Assembly (NCBI GenBank): GCA_963827755.1
Contig: CAWHCQ010000038.1
Span: 1 to 62,765, forward strand
DNA length: 62,765 nucleotides
From: an uncultured Gammaproteobacteria bacterium
Lineage (GTDB): Bacteria; Pseudomonadota; Gammaproteobacteria; UBA9214
Direction of reading: 5' to 3'
Positions 32,893 through 43,952 of this stretch are shown here, in pieces. The notes under the pieces are model-generated. The model saw only the letters and a program-made list of their open reading frames with translations. It made no database searches and had not been told where the DNA came from. A program made the translations under genes and the position numbers. Each line of letters opens with the position of its first letter. Position 1 is the first letter of the stretch.

Positions 32893-33551
32893 TTCGCCAC
32901 CTCGTTTTTGACATTGCTGATTGCCAGTACATTTTCATATTTGAGCCGCAGCAGGCTGGATTCGGGGTTGTTTGCGGGCGTAGCCGCCAGCGCGCGCTGG
33001 TATGCCTCACTCGCCGCGGTTGCATTGTTACGGGCGCTGTGAATATCCCCGGAAACCTCGTCGTAGAGGCTGTCAAAAGCCGTCGTATTGCGGGGCTGCT
33101 GCAGCAGCGCCTCCGCTTCATCCAGTTGCTGCCGTGCAACCAGCACGCGGGCAAGGCGCAGGCGGGCCGTCTCCCTGACCACATCAATGTCGGCATTATC
33201 CAGCACCCATCGAAGTTGCTGGCCGGCAGCATTCAGGTCACCGTCCTGCGAGCGGATTTTTGCCAGCGCCAGTGCCGCAAGCGCGGCATACGGCGTTGAG
33301 TTGTACTGCGTAATAAGGATATCCGCCCGCTCGTTGACAAGCTGCCTGTCATCCCTGTCGAGCCCCTGCAGCATGGTGCTGTAGATTGTCGAAGCCTGCC
33401 CGGCAACGTTCTCCTGGTAGGCCAGCCAGGCCCTGAATCCAAATACACAGGCAAGTCCGAGCGCCACACCGACAATTATCGATGTGCCATTGTCACTCCA
33501 CCACTTTTTGAGTTCAGCAATCTGCTGCTCTTCTGTTTCATTAGCCATCAA
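32889..33551 (-). CDS. yfgM: YfgM family ancillary SecYEG subunit
   Basis: TEEQQIAELKKWWSDNG, TM helix, TPR-like region. Confidence 0.93.
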   Translation of the reverse strand: MMANETEEQQIAELKKWWSDNGTSIIVGVALGLACVFGFRAWLAYQENVAGQASTIYSTMLQGLDRDDRQLVNERADILITQYNSTPYAALAALALAKIRSQDGDLNAAGQQLRWVLDNADIDVVRETARLRLARVLVARQQLDEAEALLQQPRNTTAFDSLYDEVSGDIHSARNNATAASEAYQRALAATPANNPESSLLRLKYENVLAISNVKNEVAK

Positions 33552-33595
33552 CCACTCCTGTTAGCACTATTTTCATTGTTCAATATGCAGCCGCT

Positions 33596-34882
33596 TCATG
33601 CCAGCCGCTCCATCCCGAGCAGATCACGCAGGCGGCCGGCCGTCTCCGACTGGGTGCAGACCTGCTGCGCGGACTCGCTGCGTAACGGCTTGAGCACTAC
33701 ATTACCCTGCTCTGCCTCGTCGTCGCCCATCACCAGCGCATACTGCGCACCACTCTTGTCCGCACGCTTGAACTGGCTCTTGAAACTTCCGTTGCCGCAA
33801 TTCGTCAGCAGGCGCAGCCCGGGAATGAGATTGCGCAGTTCGTCGGCAAATACCAGCCCCCTGTGAACGGCCCTGTCGCCGTTCAAAACAAGGTAGACAT
33901 GTGGAGAACTGTCCGGCAACGCGGCCCCGCCTGTCGCCAGCAGGGCCAACAGACGTTCCAGGCCCAGTGCAAAACCGAAGGCCGGGGTGGATTTCCCGCC
34001 AAGGTATTCAACCAGGCCATCATAGCGGCCACCGGCGCAAATCGTGCCCTGCGCCCCGAGACTGCCAGTCACCCATTCAAAAACGGTCCTCGTATAGTAA
34101 TCCAGTCCCCGCACCAGGCGTGGATTCACTTCGTAGCTGACCCCGGCTGCATCCAGCAGCAGGCAGAGTGTCTCGAAGTGCCTGCGGGACGCTTCGTCAA
34201 GATAATCCGGCAAGCTGGGCGCCGCCGCGATCAAGGCCTGCATATCCGGGTTCTTGCTATCCAGTATGCGCAACGGGTTGCCCTGCAGACGCCTCAGGCT
34301 GTCTTCATCGAGGCTGGATTTTTGCCCGCTGAAGTAGTCGACAAGTACATCACGATAAGCGGCACGCGAGGCCGGCGTTCCCAGTGAATTGATTTGCAGC
34401 ACCACATCCCTGATGCCCAGGCGCTTCCACATTCGGGCCGTCATCAGCAACATCTCTGCATCGACATCCGGGCCTTCCATGCCGAACGCTTCCACCCCGA
34501 GCTGGTGAAACTGGCGATAACGTCCCTTTTGCGGCCGCTCGTGCCGGAACATCGGCCCCCGGTACCAGAGGCGCTGTACCTGGTTGTGCAAAAGGCCATG
34601 CTCCATGCAGGCGCGCACACAACTGGCCGTAGCCTCGGGTCGCAGGGTCAGGCTGTCGCCGTTGCGGTCATCGAAAGTGTACATCTCCTTCTCGACAATA
34701 TCGGTCACTTCCCCGATGGAGCGCTTGAACAGCTCGGTCTTCTCCAGCAGGGGCAACCTGATTTCGCTATAGCCGTAGGCGTGCACGACATCACGCAGCG
34801 TATCTTCAAGATACTGCCAGGCTGAAGACTCCCCGGGGAGTATGTCTTTCATGCCACGAATGGCCTGAATCGTATTCGCCAT
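33596..34882 (-). CDS. hisS: Histidine--tRNA ligase
   Basis: [41 protein letters not shown]. Confidence 0.98.
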   Translation of the reverse strand: MANTIQAIRGMKDILPGESSAWQYLEDTLRDVVHAYGYSEIRLPLLEKTELFKRSIGEVTDIVEKEMYTFDDRNGDSLTLRPEATASCVRACMEHGLLHNQVQRLWYRGPMFRHERPQKGRYRQFHQLGVEAFGMEGPDVDAEMLLMTARMWKRLGIRDVVLQINSLGTPASRAAYRDVLVDYFSGQKSSLDEDSLRRLQGNPLRILDSKNPDMQALIAAAPSLPDYLDEASRRHFETLCLLLDAAGVSYEVNPRLVRGLDYYTRTVFEWVTGSLGAQGTICAGGRYDGLVEYLGGKSTPAFGFALGLERLLALLATGGAALPDSSPHVYLVLNGDRAVHRGLVFADELRNLIPGLRLLTNCGNGSFKSQFKRADKSGAQYALVMGDDEAEQGNVVLKPLRSESAQQVCTQSETAGRLRDLLGMERLA

Positions 34883-34983
34883 GATCTACACGCGTTAACT
34901 GTAAAAAAAGCAGGCCGGGCGCAGGGCCGGACTGACCTGTGGTGCCGTTGCAGGAGTGACCCGGTTACCCGCTACCCGCTTTG

Positions 34984-35496
34984 TTAACCATTGCCGGCAC
35001 TTTCGCTTGCCGGTGGTAATTCAAGGCGGCCCGGCACCTGCTCTGTGGCCGACTCGCGTTGCGAGTCGATGATTCGCTCCATAAACGGCCAGGCCAGCCA
35101 TAAAAGAATGGCTGCCAGCAGCAGGATAATCACATTACGGATCAGCCTGATTGAGCGCAGCTTGACTGCCGGTAGCCGGGTGTTTGTCCTGAACACAGTC
35201 AATGGTGGCGGCTCACCCGCCTGCTCGCTGTAATCCCTGATCAGTTCCTCGACCGGCAGGTCCACAAGTCGCCCGTAACTTTTCAGATATCCCTGTACGA
35301 AGATGGGTGAGGGCAGCTTGTCCCGCTCATCATTCTCGAGCGCCCTGACGACGGCCAGGTCAAGGTGTAACTCCTGCGCGACTTTTTCGACAGTGAGCTT
35401 GCGCATTTTCCTGGCGGCAGCAAGCTGCGCACCAATCGTCGCACGGGAGTCCATTGCCCCGCCTTCCAGTGCATTATTTCCGGGTGCGTCGCTCAT
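34984..35496 (-). CDS. rodZ: RodZ-like HTH + TM protein, short form
   Basis: HTH_25-type G..L..AR...LE.D..P..FVQGYLKSYGRL followed by TM; no large periplasmic domain. Confidence 0.75.
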   Translation of the reverse strand: MSDAPGNNALEGGAMDSRATIGAQLAAARKMRKLTVEKVAQELHLDLAVVRALENDERDKLPSPIFVQGYLKSYGRLVDLPVEELIRDYSEQAGEPPPLTVFRTNTRLPAVKLRSIRLIRNVIILLLAAILLWLAWPFMERIIDSQRESATEQVPGRLELPPASESAGNG

Positions 35497-36247
35497 TTTC
35501 CCATGTCTTCAGGCGCTTGACTTCATCACTGTCGGGGAAAGTATTTCCAAGCATCATTGCATAGTTACCCCAGGCCCGATGATCGCCCAGCTCATACTCG
35601 GTACGAATTGCCAGCCAGAGGCTCTCGGCAGAGTGCTGCGCAACCTCCTGGTAGCGCTGTATATAGCCACGCGTACTCATGTAATTTCCTTTTGAGTAAC
35701 TGATGAGCCCCATTTGCAGCAGGGCCGGTGCAAAACGCGGATCCTTGGCCAGCGCCTGGCGAAAGAATTCCTCGGCTTTAGTCATATCCGGTATGCGCAT
35801 CGCGCACAGGCCGGCATTGGTGAGCGGCAGGCTTGGAACAGGATAGAACGCATTGTTCGCGGCCAGCAGGAATTCCGTCTCGGCCTCCTGGTAACGCCCC
35901 GTGGTGCAGAGAAACTGGCCGTAATTATTGTGTCCTCTTGCGTAGTCAGGACTTAACTCCAGGGTTTTTTTGTAATGGTCTTCAGCCTTGGCGGTCTCAC
36001 CGACCTGCTCGTATAAAATCGCTATGGCCTCATGCGTCTGCGGCCTGTCAGGCTGCAGTTTCAGGGCCTTCTCGAGCTTCAGATGCGCCATCTCGTAATT
36101 GCCTTCCTGCATGTAGGTGAGACCCAGCTGCGTATTTGCCTGCGCTGCCAGCTCCTTGTTCACCCGCGGGTTTTCCCGCTCGTTCACCGATGCACACGCC
36201 GACAGGACAAGCGCCATAATCACAATCATGCCAGTACTTGTTTTCAT
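35474..36247 (-). CDS. pilW: Type IV pilus biogenesis/stability lipoprotein PilW (PilF)
   Basis: Lipobox LSAC, TPRs, [13 protein letters not shown]; rlmN-pilW-rodZ synteny. Confidence 0.92.
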   Translation of the reverse strand: MKTSTGMIVIMALVLSACASVNERENPRVNKELAAQANTQLGLTYMQEGNYEMAHLKLEKALKLQPDRPQTHEAIAILYEQVGETAKAEDHYKKTLELSPDYARGHNNYGQFLCTTGRYQEAETEFLLAANNAFYPVPSLPLTNAGLCAMRIPDMTKAEEFFRQALAKDPRFAPALLQMGLISYSKGNYMSTRGYIQRYQEVAQHSAESLWLAIRTEYELGDHRAWGNYAMMLGNTFPDSDEVKRLKTWENERRTRK

Positions 36248-37353
36248 GCCTCACCTACCTGGATGTTTATAAGGTTACGGGCGCGCCGCCGTGTACGGTC
36301 CATGAACTGCCCGGCAAGCTGGCCGCAGGCCGCATCGATGTCATCGCCCCGGGTCCTGCGCGTAATGGTGACGATACCGGCACGATTGAGAATTTCGAAA
36401 AACCGGTCGATGCGCGCATCCGGACTGCGCCGGTAGCGTGTCTCGGGGAACGGGTTGAAGGGAATCAGGTTAACCTTTGCCGGCACGCCTTCCAGTATCC
36501 TCGCCAGCTGCCTGGCATGCATATCACTGTCGTTGATACCGTCCAGCATGACATATTCGAAGGTCACCCGGCGCCTGCTGTCCCCGACATAATCCTTGCA
36601 GGCCTGCAGCAGTTCAGCAATCGGATATTTTTTATTCAGCGGTACCAGTTCGTTGCGCAGCAGGTCATGCGGCGCATGCAGGGAAACCGCCAGGCTGACA
36701 TCACAGTCGGCAAGCAGCTTGCCAATCGCCGGAATGACGCCTGCCGTACTCAGGGTGACACGCCGCTTTGACAGGCCGTAGCCGAAATCATCCAGCATAA
36801 TGCGCATGGCGCGAATCACATTATCGTAATTCAGCAACGGCTCGCCCATGCCCATCATCACAATATTCGAAATATAACGCGGCCCGGCCAGCGTTTGCCC
36901 GAGTGCCTTTGCTGCAATCCACACCTGCGCAATAATCTCGCCGGTAGACAGGTTGCGGTTAAAGCCCTGTTGGGCAGTGGAACAGAAACTGCAGTTGAGT
37001 ATACAACCCACCTGTGATGACACACACAGGGTACCGCGCTCTGCCTCGGGGATATAAACAGTCTCGATGCAATTCCCGTCTGCCAGGCGCAACAGCCATT
37101 TACGCGAACCGTCATCGGACAGACTGTCTGTAACAATCTCCGGCAAACATATCGCGGCGCAGTCCTGCAGATCGTTGCGCAGGCCCTTGCTGATATTGGT
37201 CATGGACTCGAAATCGGCAACGCCATGGCCATAGACCCATTGCATGAACTGCGTGGCACGAAAAGGCTTCTCACCGCGATCGACAAAGAACTCCACCAGC
37301 CCTTCGCGGTCCAGGTCCAGCAGGTTGCTTGTCGGTGTCTCGGCCATGCTCAT
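36244..37353 (-). CDS. rlmN: Dual-specificity RNA methyltransferase RlmN
   Basis: [30 protein letters not shown]. Confidence 0.98.
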   Translation of the reverse strand: MSMAETPTSNLLDLDREGLVEFFVDRGEKPFRATQFMQWVYGHGVADFESMTNISKGLRNDLQDCAAICLPEIVTDSLSDDGSRKWLLRLADGNCIETVYIPEAERGTLCVSSQVGCILNCSFCSTAQQGFNRNLSTGEIIAQVWIAAKALGQTLAGPRYISNIVMMGMGEPLLNYDNVIRAMRIMLDDFGYGLSKRRVTLSTAGVIPAIGKLLADCDVSLAVSLHAPHDLLRNELVPLNKKYPIAELLQACKDYVGDSRRRVTFEYVMLDGINDSDMHARQLARILEGVPAKVNLIPFNPFPETRYRRSPDARIDRFFEILNRAGIVTITRRTRGDDIDAACGQLAGQFMDRTRRRARNLINIQVGEA

Positions 37354-37368
37354 GCTCTCACATCATTA

Positions 37369-37800
37369 CTAGCGGGTGCGGGCACAGAGTTCGTCGTCAC
37401 TGAAGAAGTATTTGATTTCCTCGGCAGCCGTTTTCGGGGCATCGGATCCATGCACGGCGTTTTCATCCACCGTCGTTGCAAAGTCCGCACGAATCGTACC
37501 CGGGGCGGCCTCTGCCGGGTTGGTGGCACCCATCAGTTCACGGTTCTTGTTGATGGCATTCTCGCCTTCCAGCACCTGTACTACCACGGGACCGGAAATC
37601 ATGAATTCCACCAGGTCGTTATAAAAAGGCCGCTCCTTGTGAACCGCGTAGAAACCCTGCGCCTGCTGCTTGCTGAGCTGCAGCATCCTGGAGGCGATAA
37701 TACGCAACCCGTTCTTTTCAAAACGGGAGATGATTTCGCCAATCACATTTTTGCCGACCGCATCCGGCTTGATGATTGAAAAGGTACGTTCAATTGCCAT
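37369..37800 (-). CDS. ndk: Nucleoside diphosphate kinase
   Basis: [27 protein letters not shown]. Confidence 0.99.
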   Translation of the reverse strand: MAIERTFSIIKPDAVGKNVIGEIISRFEKNGLRIIASRMLQLSKQQAQGFYAVHKERPFYNDLVEFMISGPVVVQVLEGENAINKNRELMGATNPAEAAPGTIRADFATTVDENAVHGSDAPKTAAEEIKYFFSDDELCARTR

Positions 37801-37983
37801 GCATGACTCCGTGTAAATAATTCTCTAACAGGAAACCCGCCTGAAAACGGGAGCTTAGTGAGTAATTTCAACCCGGTAGTTTAAGCCGCTGGCAACTTTC
37901 AGGCAACGAAAGAGTTGCTGCTTTGGACATGAAAATGGCCCATTGGATGGGCCATTCAGGATAAAACCAGCCTTTGCGACTGT

Positions 37984-38070
37984 GTAGCCCGTCTGAAGCA
38001 GAGCGCAATCCGGGAACTTACCGAAACGGTTTCCCCGGATTACGGCCCGTTGGGCCTTCATTCGGGCTGC
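37984..38070. repeat. REPIN, GTAGCCCG..TGAAGC..GC.ATCCGGG family
   Basis: GTAGCCCGTCTGAAGCAGAGCGCAATCCGGG paired with CCCGGATTACGGCCCGTTGGGCCTTCATTCGGGCTGC; related to 8814-8858. Confidence 0.75.
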
Positions 38071-38076
38071 TGCAGG

Positions 38077-38946
38077 TCAGGAAAACACCCGCTGCGCGGT
38101 CTTGCCGATGTCTGCCGGGTTGCGAACCACGTGAACGCCGAGTTCCTCCATCAGGTCCATCTTGGCATTCGCGGTGTCCGCCTCGCCCGAGATGATGGCC
38201 CCGGCATGGCCCATGCGGCGACCGGGCGGTGCGGAGACACCCGCCACAAAACCGACAACCGGCTTGCTCATGTTCTGTTTCGCCCATTTTGCCGCCTCAA
38301 CCTCCTGCGGCCCGCCGATTTCGCCAATCATGATGACGGCCTCCGTCTCGGGGTCTTGCTCGAAGGCCTGCAACACGGTGACAAAGTCGGTGCCATTGAC
38401 GGGATCGCCGCCGATACCGACGGAGGTGGTCTGCCCCATGCCCAGTTCGGACATCTGCTGGACCGCCTCGTAGTTGAGCGTCCCCGAGCGCGAGACCACG
38501 CCGATTCGGCCCGGCGTGTAGATATGCGACGGCATGATGCCGACCTTGCAGGCGTCCGGTGTAATGATGCCCGGGGTATTGGGGCCGATGATGATGGCAT
38601 CCTTGTCGGCGGCATAACGTTTCACGCGGACCATGTCCTGTACGGGTATGCCGTCTGCAATCACGACAATGACACCGATACCCGCCTCCAGCGCCTCCAT
38701 GATGGCATCGGCCGCGAACGGTGGCGGCACGAAAATACCGCTGACATCCGCGCCCGTTTCTTCTATCGCCTGGCTGACGGTGTCGAACACGGGCAGGCCC
38801 AGGTGCGTCTGTCCGCCCTTGCCCGGCGTCACGCCGCCGACCACGGTGGTCCCGTGCTGCATCGACTCTTGTGCATGAAAGGTCGCATGTTGCCCGGTAA
38901 AGCCCTGGATAATGACCCGTGAATGCTTGTGAACGAAGACACTCAT
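38077..38946 (-). CDS. mtkB: Malate--CoA ligase (malate thiokinase) alpha subunit, SucD family
   Basis: QGFTG, GGVTPGKGG, SRSGTL, MGHAGA. Malate specificity inferred from linkage to mcl. Confidence 0.8.
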   Translation of the reverse strand: MSVFVHKHSRVIIQGFTGQHATFHAQESMQHGTTVVGGVTPGKGGQTHLGLPVFDTVSQAIEETGADVSGIFVPPPFAADAIMEALEAGIGVIVVIADGIPVQDMVRVKRYAADKDAIIIGPNTPGIITPDACKVGIMPSHIYTPGRIGVVSRSGTLNYEAVQQMSELGMGQTTSVGIGGDPVNGTDFVTVLQAFEQDPETEAVIMIGEIGGPQEVEAAKWAKQNMSKPVVGFVAGVSAPPGRRMGHAGAIISGEADTANAKMDLMEELGVHVVRNPADIGKTAQRVFS

Positions 38947-40112
38947 GCTGAAGCCTCCAGCGTTGCCATGACTTTCGTCGCGGCATCATCGAGGTTATCC
39001 GCCATGATGAAGGGGAAACCGGAGGCCGCGAGTATCGGGCCGCCTTTTTCCACGTTGGTCCCTGCCAGGCGCACCACGATCGGAATCCTGATATCGAGAT
39101 CGCGCATCGCCTGCACCAGCCCTTCTGCAATCCAGTCACAGCGGTTGATGCCGGCGAAGATATTGACGAGGATGGTTTTTACATTCGGGTCCTGCAGCAC
39201 GATACGAAACGCATTACCGACCTTCTCGGGCGAGGCGCCGCCGCCGACATCGAGAAAATTGGCCGGCTTGCCATGATGAAAGCTGATCGCGTCCATGGTC
39301 GCCATGGCAAGACCGGCGCCGTTGACGATACAACCGACGTTGCCGTCCAGGGCGATGTAATTCAGGCCATGGCCGGAGGCCTCGACTTCCTTGGAATCCT
39401 CTTCATCGAAATCGCGCAGTTCGGTGATGGCCGGCCGGCGGTACATGGCGTTGCTGTCGAACGACATCTTCGCATCCAGCGCCATCAATTTACCGCCCTC
39501 GATCTCGGCCAGCGGGTTGATCTCGGCCAGCAGGGCATCCTTGTCCCGAAAGCAGCGATACAGTGCCTGCATCAGCTTCGAGGCCTCGCCGATCTGCTTG
39601 CCGCTCAAACCGATTCTGGCGGCGATCTTGCGGCACTGGAAACCGGGCAGGCCGATGGCAGGATCGATGGCTTCGCGAATCACCCGTTCGGGATTCGTCT
39701 TTGCAACTTCCTCGATATTCATTCCACCGGATGCCGAGGCAATCACGGTGATGCGTTGCGTGGCACGATCAATCACCAGGCCGAGGTAATATTCCTTTTT
39801 GATGTCACAGGCCTGCTCGACGAGTACCCGCTGCACCAGGCGTCCCTGCTTGTCTGTCTGCGGCGTGACCAGGTGCATGCCGATCATTTCTTCAGTAAAC
39901 TGCCTGACCTCGTCGATCGATGAGGCCACCTTGACGCCGCCGCCCTTGCCACGGCCACCGGCATGAATCTGCGCCTTTACGACCCAGCGTTCACCGCCCA
40001 GTTCTTCTGCGATGGTGGCAGCATTGTTAACGTTGTGCGCAACGCGCCCGTCCGGAACCGGAACGCCATAGCCGCGCAACAGTTCCTTGGTCTGGTATTC
40101 ATGTATATTCAA
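38943..40112 (-). CDS. mtkA: Malate--CoA ligase beta subunit, SucC family
   Basis: MNIHEYQ, KAQIHAGGRGK, GCIVNGAGLAMATMD, NIFAGINRCDWIA. Confidence 0.82.
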   Translation of the reverse strand: MNIHEYQTKELLRGYGVPVPDGRVAHNVNNAATIAEELGGERWVVKAQIHAGGRGKGGGVKVASSIDEVRQFTEEMIGMHLVTPQTDKQGRLVQRVLVEQACDIKKEYYLGLVIDRATQRITVIASASGGMNIEEVAKTNPERVIREAIDPAIGLPGFQCRKIAARIGLSGKQIGEASKLMQALYRCFRDKDALLAEINPLAEIEGGKLMALDAKMSFDSNAMYRRPAITELRDFDEEDSKEVEASGHGLNYIALDGNVGCIVNGAGLAMATMDAISFHHGKPANFLDVGGGASPEKVGNAFRIVLQDPNVKTILVNIFAGINRCDWIAEGLVQAMRDLDIRIPIVVRLAGTNVEKGGPILAASGFPFIMADNLDDAATKVMATLEASA

Positions 40113-40135
40113 GCCGGGTCTCCGTCTTTTATTGT

Positions 40136-41110
40136 TTACTGGCGGGCAGCAAGCGAAGATTCGATCTGCGCAGCCTTGTCCACCATCACCTGGGCCTGGC
40201 GAATCGATGCCGCATCGATGAGGCGGCCATCCAGCGAAACAGCACCCTTGCCCTGTGTCGCCGCCTCACTCATTGCCTCGAGGATACGGCGCGCACGGGT
40301 CACCTCGCTGTCCGGCGGTGTGAATACTTCATTGGCCAGTGCAATCTGGGACGGATGAATGGCCCATTTACCTTCCACACCAAGCGCTGCAACACTGCGC
40401 GCAACGGCCTTGAAACCTTCCGGGTCACCGATGTCGCCAAAGGGTCCGTCAATCGGCCGCAGGCCATAGGCACGGCAGGCAACCACCATGCGCGAAATCG
40501 CAAAGTGCCACTGGTCACCCCAGTGACGTTCACGGGCACCCTCGTTATCGGGATGCGTAAGCATGAAGTAATCGGGGTTTGCACCACCCATGTTGGTAGT
40601 GCGCGCCTGTGTTGAAGCCGCGTAATCGGCAACCCCGAAGACCATGGCTTCAAGGCGTTCCGGACAGGTCTGGGCAATGGCCTCCACGTTTGCCATGCCG
40701 AGGGCCGTTTCAATCAGGATGTGTATATTGATCGGCTTGTAGCCTTTCGCCATCTCGATCTGCTCAAGCATGGTCGAAACAAACAGGATATCGGCGGGTG
40801 TATTCACCTTCGGGATAAGAATGGTGTCGAGCTTGTCACCGGCCTGCTCGACCACATCGACGATATCACGGTAGCAATAATGGGTATCAAGACCATTGAT
40901 GCGCACGGACACCGCGGTTTGCGACCAGTCCAGGTCATTCAGCGCCTCGATCACGTTCTTGCGCGCCTGCACCTTGTCATCCGGCGCCACCGCATCTTCC
41001 AGGTCAAGAAACACCAGGTCAGCGCCGGCGCCGGGGGCCTTCTCGAGCATGCGGGGGTTGCTGCCGGGAACAGCCAGTTCGCTGCGATGCAGCCGATTTC
41101 TTACAGCCAT
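40136..41110 (-). CDS. mcl: Malyl-CoA lyase (CitE/HpcH family)
   Basis: RLHRSELAVPGSNP, FLDLEDAVAPDDK.QARKN.I.ALNDLDW, FGVADYAAS, RPIDGPFGD, GKWAIHPSQI, matching methylotroph-type Mcl as recalled. Confidence 0.88.
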   Translation of the reverse strand: MAVRNRLHRSELAVPGSNPRMLEKAPGAGADLVFLDLEDAVAPDDKVQARKNVIEALNDLDWSQTAVSVRINGLDTHYCYRDIVDVVEQAGDKLDTILIPKVNTPADILFVSTMLEQIEMAKGYKPINIHILIETALGMANVEAIAQTCPERLEAMVFGVADYAASTQARTTNMGGANPDYFMLTHPDNEGARERHWGDQWHFAISRMVVACRAYGLRPIDGPFGDIGDPEGFKAVARSVAALGVEGKWAIHPSQIALANEVFTPPDSEVTRARRILEAMSEAATQGKGAVSLDGRLIDAASIRQAQVMVDKAAQIESSLAARQ

Positions 41111-41146
41111 GGTCTACCTCTAAATTATGTGAAATACAAAACGTCA

Positions 41147-41163
41147 GGTCATTCAGAATGACC
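41147..41163. promoter_or_regulatory. Perfect inverted repeat upstream of mcl (candidate operator)
   Basis: GGTCATTC-A-GAATGACC, ~37 nt upstream of the mcl start. Confidence 0.35.
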
Positions 41164-41357
41164 CGGGGAATCTATCCAGCGGGATAAAACCGGCAGGAAC
41201 AAGGCCGCGTAATATACAAGGTTGGCGGGTTTAATGGAAATACGCGGCCATTCGGAAGCAGGCACAGCCGCTGAAATCCTGCAGGCAGGACTGCCCCCGG
41301 CCGCTTTCCTGTTTTTAACTTTTCAACAACTTAGCCGCAATTTATGCGGAATGTTTT

Positions 41358-41558
41358 TCAATCACGCTCTTCAATCCACGCCATCTGGATACCTTCAAGG
41401 ATCCGTTCGCCGCAATGCTCGGGATCATCGTCGAAGTCATCCAGCGCCAGTACCCACTCACGCAGCTCGACGAAGTTGATCTGCAGGGGATCGACATCCG
41501 GGTGCAGCTCTTCCAGCTCGATCGCAATATCCAGCACATCCGTCCATTTCAGTCCCAT
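41358..41558 (-). CDS. iscX: Fe-S assembly protein IscX
   Basis: LKWTD..DIAIEL...HPDVDP, FDDDP...GERILE.IQMAW. Confidence 0.95.
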   Translation of the reverse strand: MGLKWTDVLDIAIELEELHPDVDPLQINFVELREWVLALDDFDDDPEHCGERILEGIQMAWIEERD

Positions 41559-41594
41559 AACACGCTCTCCTGCAATGCCTGTTTAAAAAACCGG

Positions 41595-41933
41595 CTAATG
41601 GTTCTCGCTCACCATGTTGATGGTGTACTTGGGAATCTCGACGACCAGGTCCTGGTCAGCCACCATGACCTGGCAGCTCAGGCGTGAATCCGGGTCCAGG
41701 CCCCAGGCCCGGTCGAGCAGGTCATCTTCTTCCTCTTCCGATTCGGGCAGCGATGCACCACCCTCGCGGATATAGACATGACAGGTCGTACAGGCGCAGG
41801 ATTTTTCACAGGCATGTTCGATCTCGATGCCGTTCTTCAATGCAGCATCACAGATAGTCATGCCCGGCTCGGCCTCGATGACAGCGCCTTCCGGACATAT
41901 TTCCTCATGCGGTAAAAAAATAATCTGTGGCAT
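41595..41933 (-). CDS. fdx: ISC 2Fe-2S ferredoxin
   Basis: HACEKSCACTTCH, SRLSCQ. Confidence 0.97.
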   Translation of the reverse strand: MPQIIFLPHEEICPEGAVIEAEPGMTICDAALKNGIEIEHACEKSCACTTCHVYIREGGASLPESEEEEDDLLDRAWGLDPDSRLSCQVMVADQDLVVEIPKYTINMVSENH

Positions 41934-41972
41934 ATTTATATCGATCCCGGTAATTACTTCAACAACAACTCA

Positions 41973-43851
41973 TCAGGACTCAAATTCATCAAGCACGGTG
42001 TCCCGCCATCGCCTCGCGGATACTGGTGTTCATGCGGCGCTCGACATAGCCGCTACTGGCCTTCTCGACCGCCTCTATCGCCTGCTTGATGGCGCGATAA
42101 TCATCACCCTTGCGCTGCTCCTCGAGCCTTGCAGCCGCCGCATCGATTGCTCTGCGTTCGTCATCGCCAAGCAGCTTGTCACCATCCACCGCCAGTGCAG
42201 CCTGCAACGCCTCCAGCACGCGGTCCGCCTCCACCTGCTCTTCGCGCAGGCGGCGCGCATCCCGGTCATCGAGCGCATACTCCATGGAATCCCTGAGCAT
42301 AGTCTCGATTTCCGTGTCGCTCAAACCGTAGGACGGCTTTACCTCGATACTGGTCTTGACCGCCCGGGTCTGTTCTTCAGCCGTCACATTCAGCAGGCCG
42401 TCCGCATCCACCTGGAAGGTCACCTTGATGCGCGCCGCCCCCGCCACCATCGGCGGAATATCGTGCAGTTCGAATTTTGCCAGCGAACGGCAATCCTCGA
42501 CCAGTTCGCGCTCGCCCTGCACAACATGCAGTGACATGGCCGTCTGGCCGTCCTTGAAAGTGGTGAACTCCTGTGCCCGTGCCACGGGAATCGTCGCGTT
42601 GCGTGGAATGATCTTCTCGGTCAGGCCGCCCATGGTCTCGATCCCGAGCGACAGCGGGATGACGTCCAGCAACAGCATATCTTCATCCGCCTGGTTACCC
42701 GCGAGGATATCAGCCTGGATCGCCGCGCCCACGGCAACCACCTTGTCGGGATCGATGTCCAGCATCGGCTCGGCTGCAAAGAATTCCGCCACCCGTTCAC
42801 GCACCAGCGGCACCCGGGTCGAACCACCCACCAGTACCACGGAGTCGATATCGCGCGCGCGCAAACCGGCATCACGCAAGGCGCGTCGACAGGGCACGAG
42901 GGTCTTCTCCACAAGTTTGGCGATCAACTCATCGAACTGCTTGCGCGTCAGGGTAACATTCCAGTCGGAACCATCCGGCAGTTGCCCGCTTACCTCCGTT
43001 GCCTCCTGCGTCGACAGGGCCTCCTTGGCGGCACGCGATGCCTGCAGCAGGTGCCGAATCTGTGAATGACCGGCATCGTCTGCAATGCCGGCCTGCTGCA
43101 TGAGCCAGTTAGCCAGCAGGCGATCGATGTCATCGCCGCCGAGCGCGCTGTCACCGGCCGTCGACAGGACCTCGAAGACACCCTTGTTCAGGTTGAGAAT
43201 GGAAATATCAAAGGTACCGCCACCCAGGTCGTATATGGCAACCCGCCCCTCGGCACCCTGGTCGAGGCCGTAGGCAACGGCCGCCGCCGTGGGCTCATTG
43301 AGCAGGCGCAGCACGTTTAACCCGGCCAGCCTGCCGGCATCCCGGGTTGCCTGGCGCTGTGCATCGTCGAAATAGGCCGGGACGGTAATCACCACGCCGT
43401 GCAATTCACCGCCGAGCGTTTCTTCTGCTCGCGCCTTGAGGACGCGAAGAATCTCGGCTGACACCTCGACCGGGCTGACATCGCCGCCGGCAGTATGCAG
43501 CAGCGGCATACCGCTCGACCCGGCAACGAACTCATAGGGCAGGCGGCTGCCGATATGCCTGACATCAGCAATGCCACGCCCCATCAGACGCTTCACCGAT
43601 GCAATCGTATTCAGGGGGTCTTGCGTCGCCGCATCCAGGGCAGCCTGCCCGACGAGTGGTCCCGCCCCGGCAGAGTAACGCACGACCGACGGCAACAGGT
43701 GATTGCCGTCTTTATCCGCCAGTGTCTCCGCGACACCGCTGCGCACACTGGCAACCAGCGAGTTGGTCGTTCCAAGATCAATGCCGGCGGCAAGCCGGTG
43801 TTGATGCGGCGCCGTCGATTGACCCGGTTCTGATATTTGCAGAAGTGCCAT
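41973..43851 (-). CDS. hscA: Fe-S chaperone HscA (late frameshift; restored end HRVDEFES)
   Basis: [36 protein letters not shown]. Confidence 0.97.
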
Positions 43852-43872
43852 CTGGTATCTCTTTAAATGCCT

Positions 43873-43928
43873 TGCAGGACCGAATTTATTCGGCCAATCC
43901 CGACCGGTCGAATGAATTCGACCCTACA
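43873..43928. repeat. REPIN, GTAGGGTCGAATTCATTCGACC family
   Basis: TGCAGGACCGAATTTATTCGGCC ... GGTCGAATGAATTCGACCCTACA between hscB and hscA. Confidence 0.75.
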
Positions 43929-43952
43929 GTTCTTCCGCAATTCGTGGCCGGG

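Noticed and set aside
38077-40112. Ordinary TCA-cycle sucCD
   Set aside because: Not linked to sucAB/sdh and directly downstream of mcl, so malate thiokinase is preferred; not proven without phylogeny.
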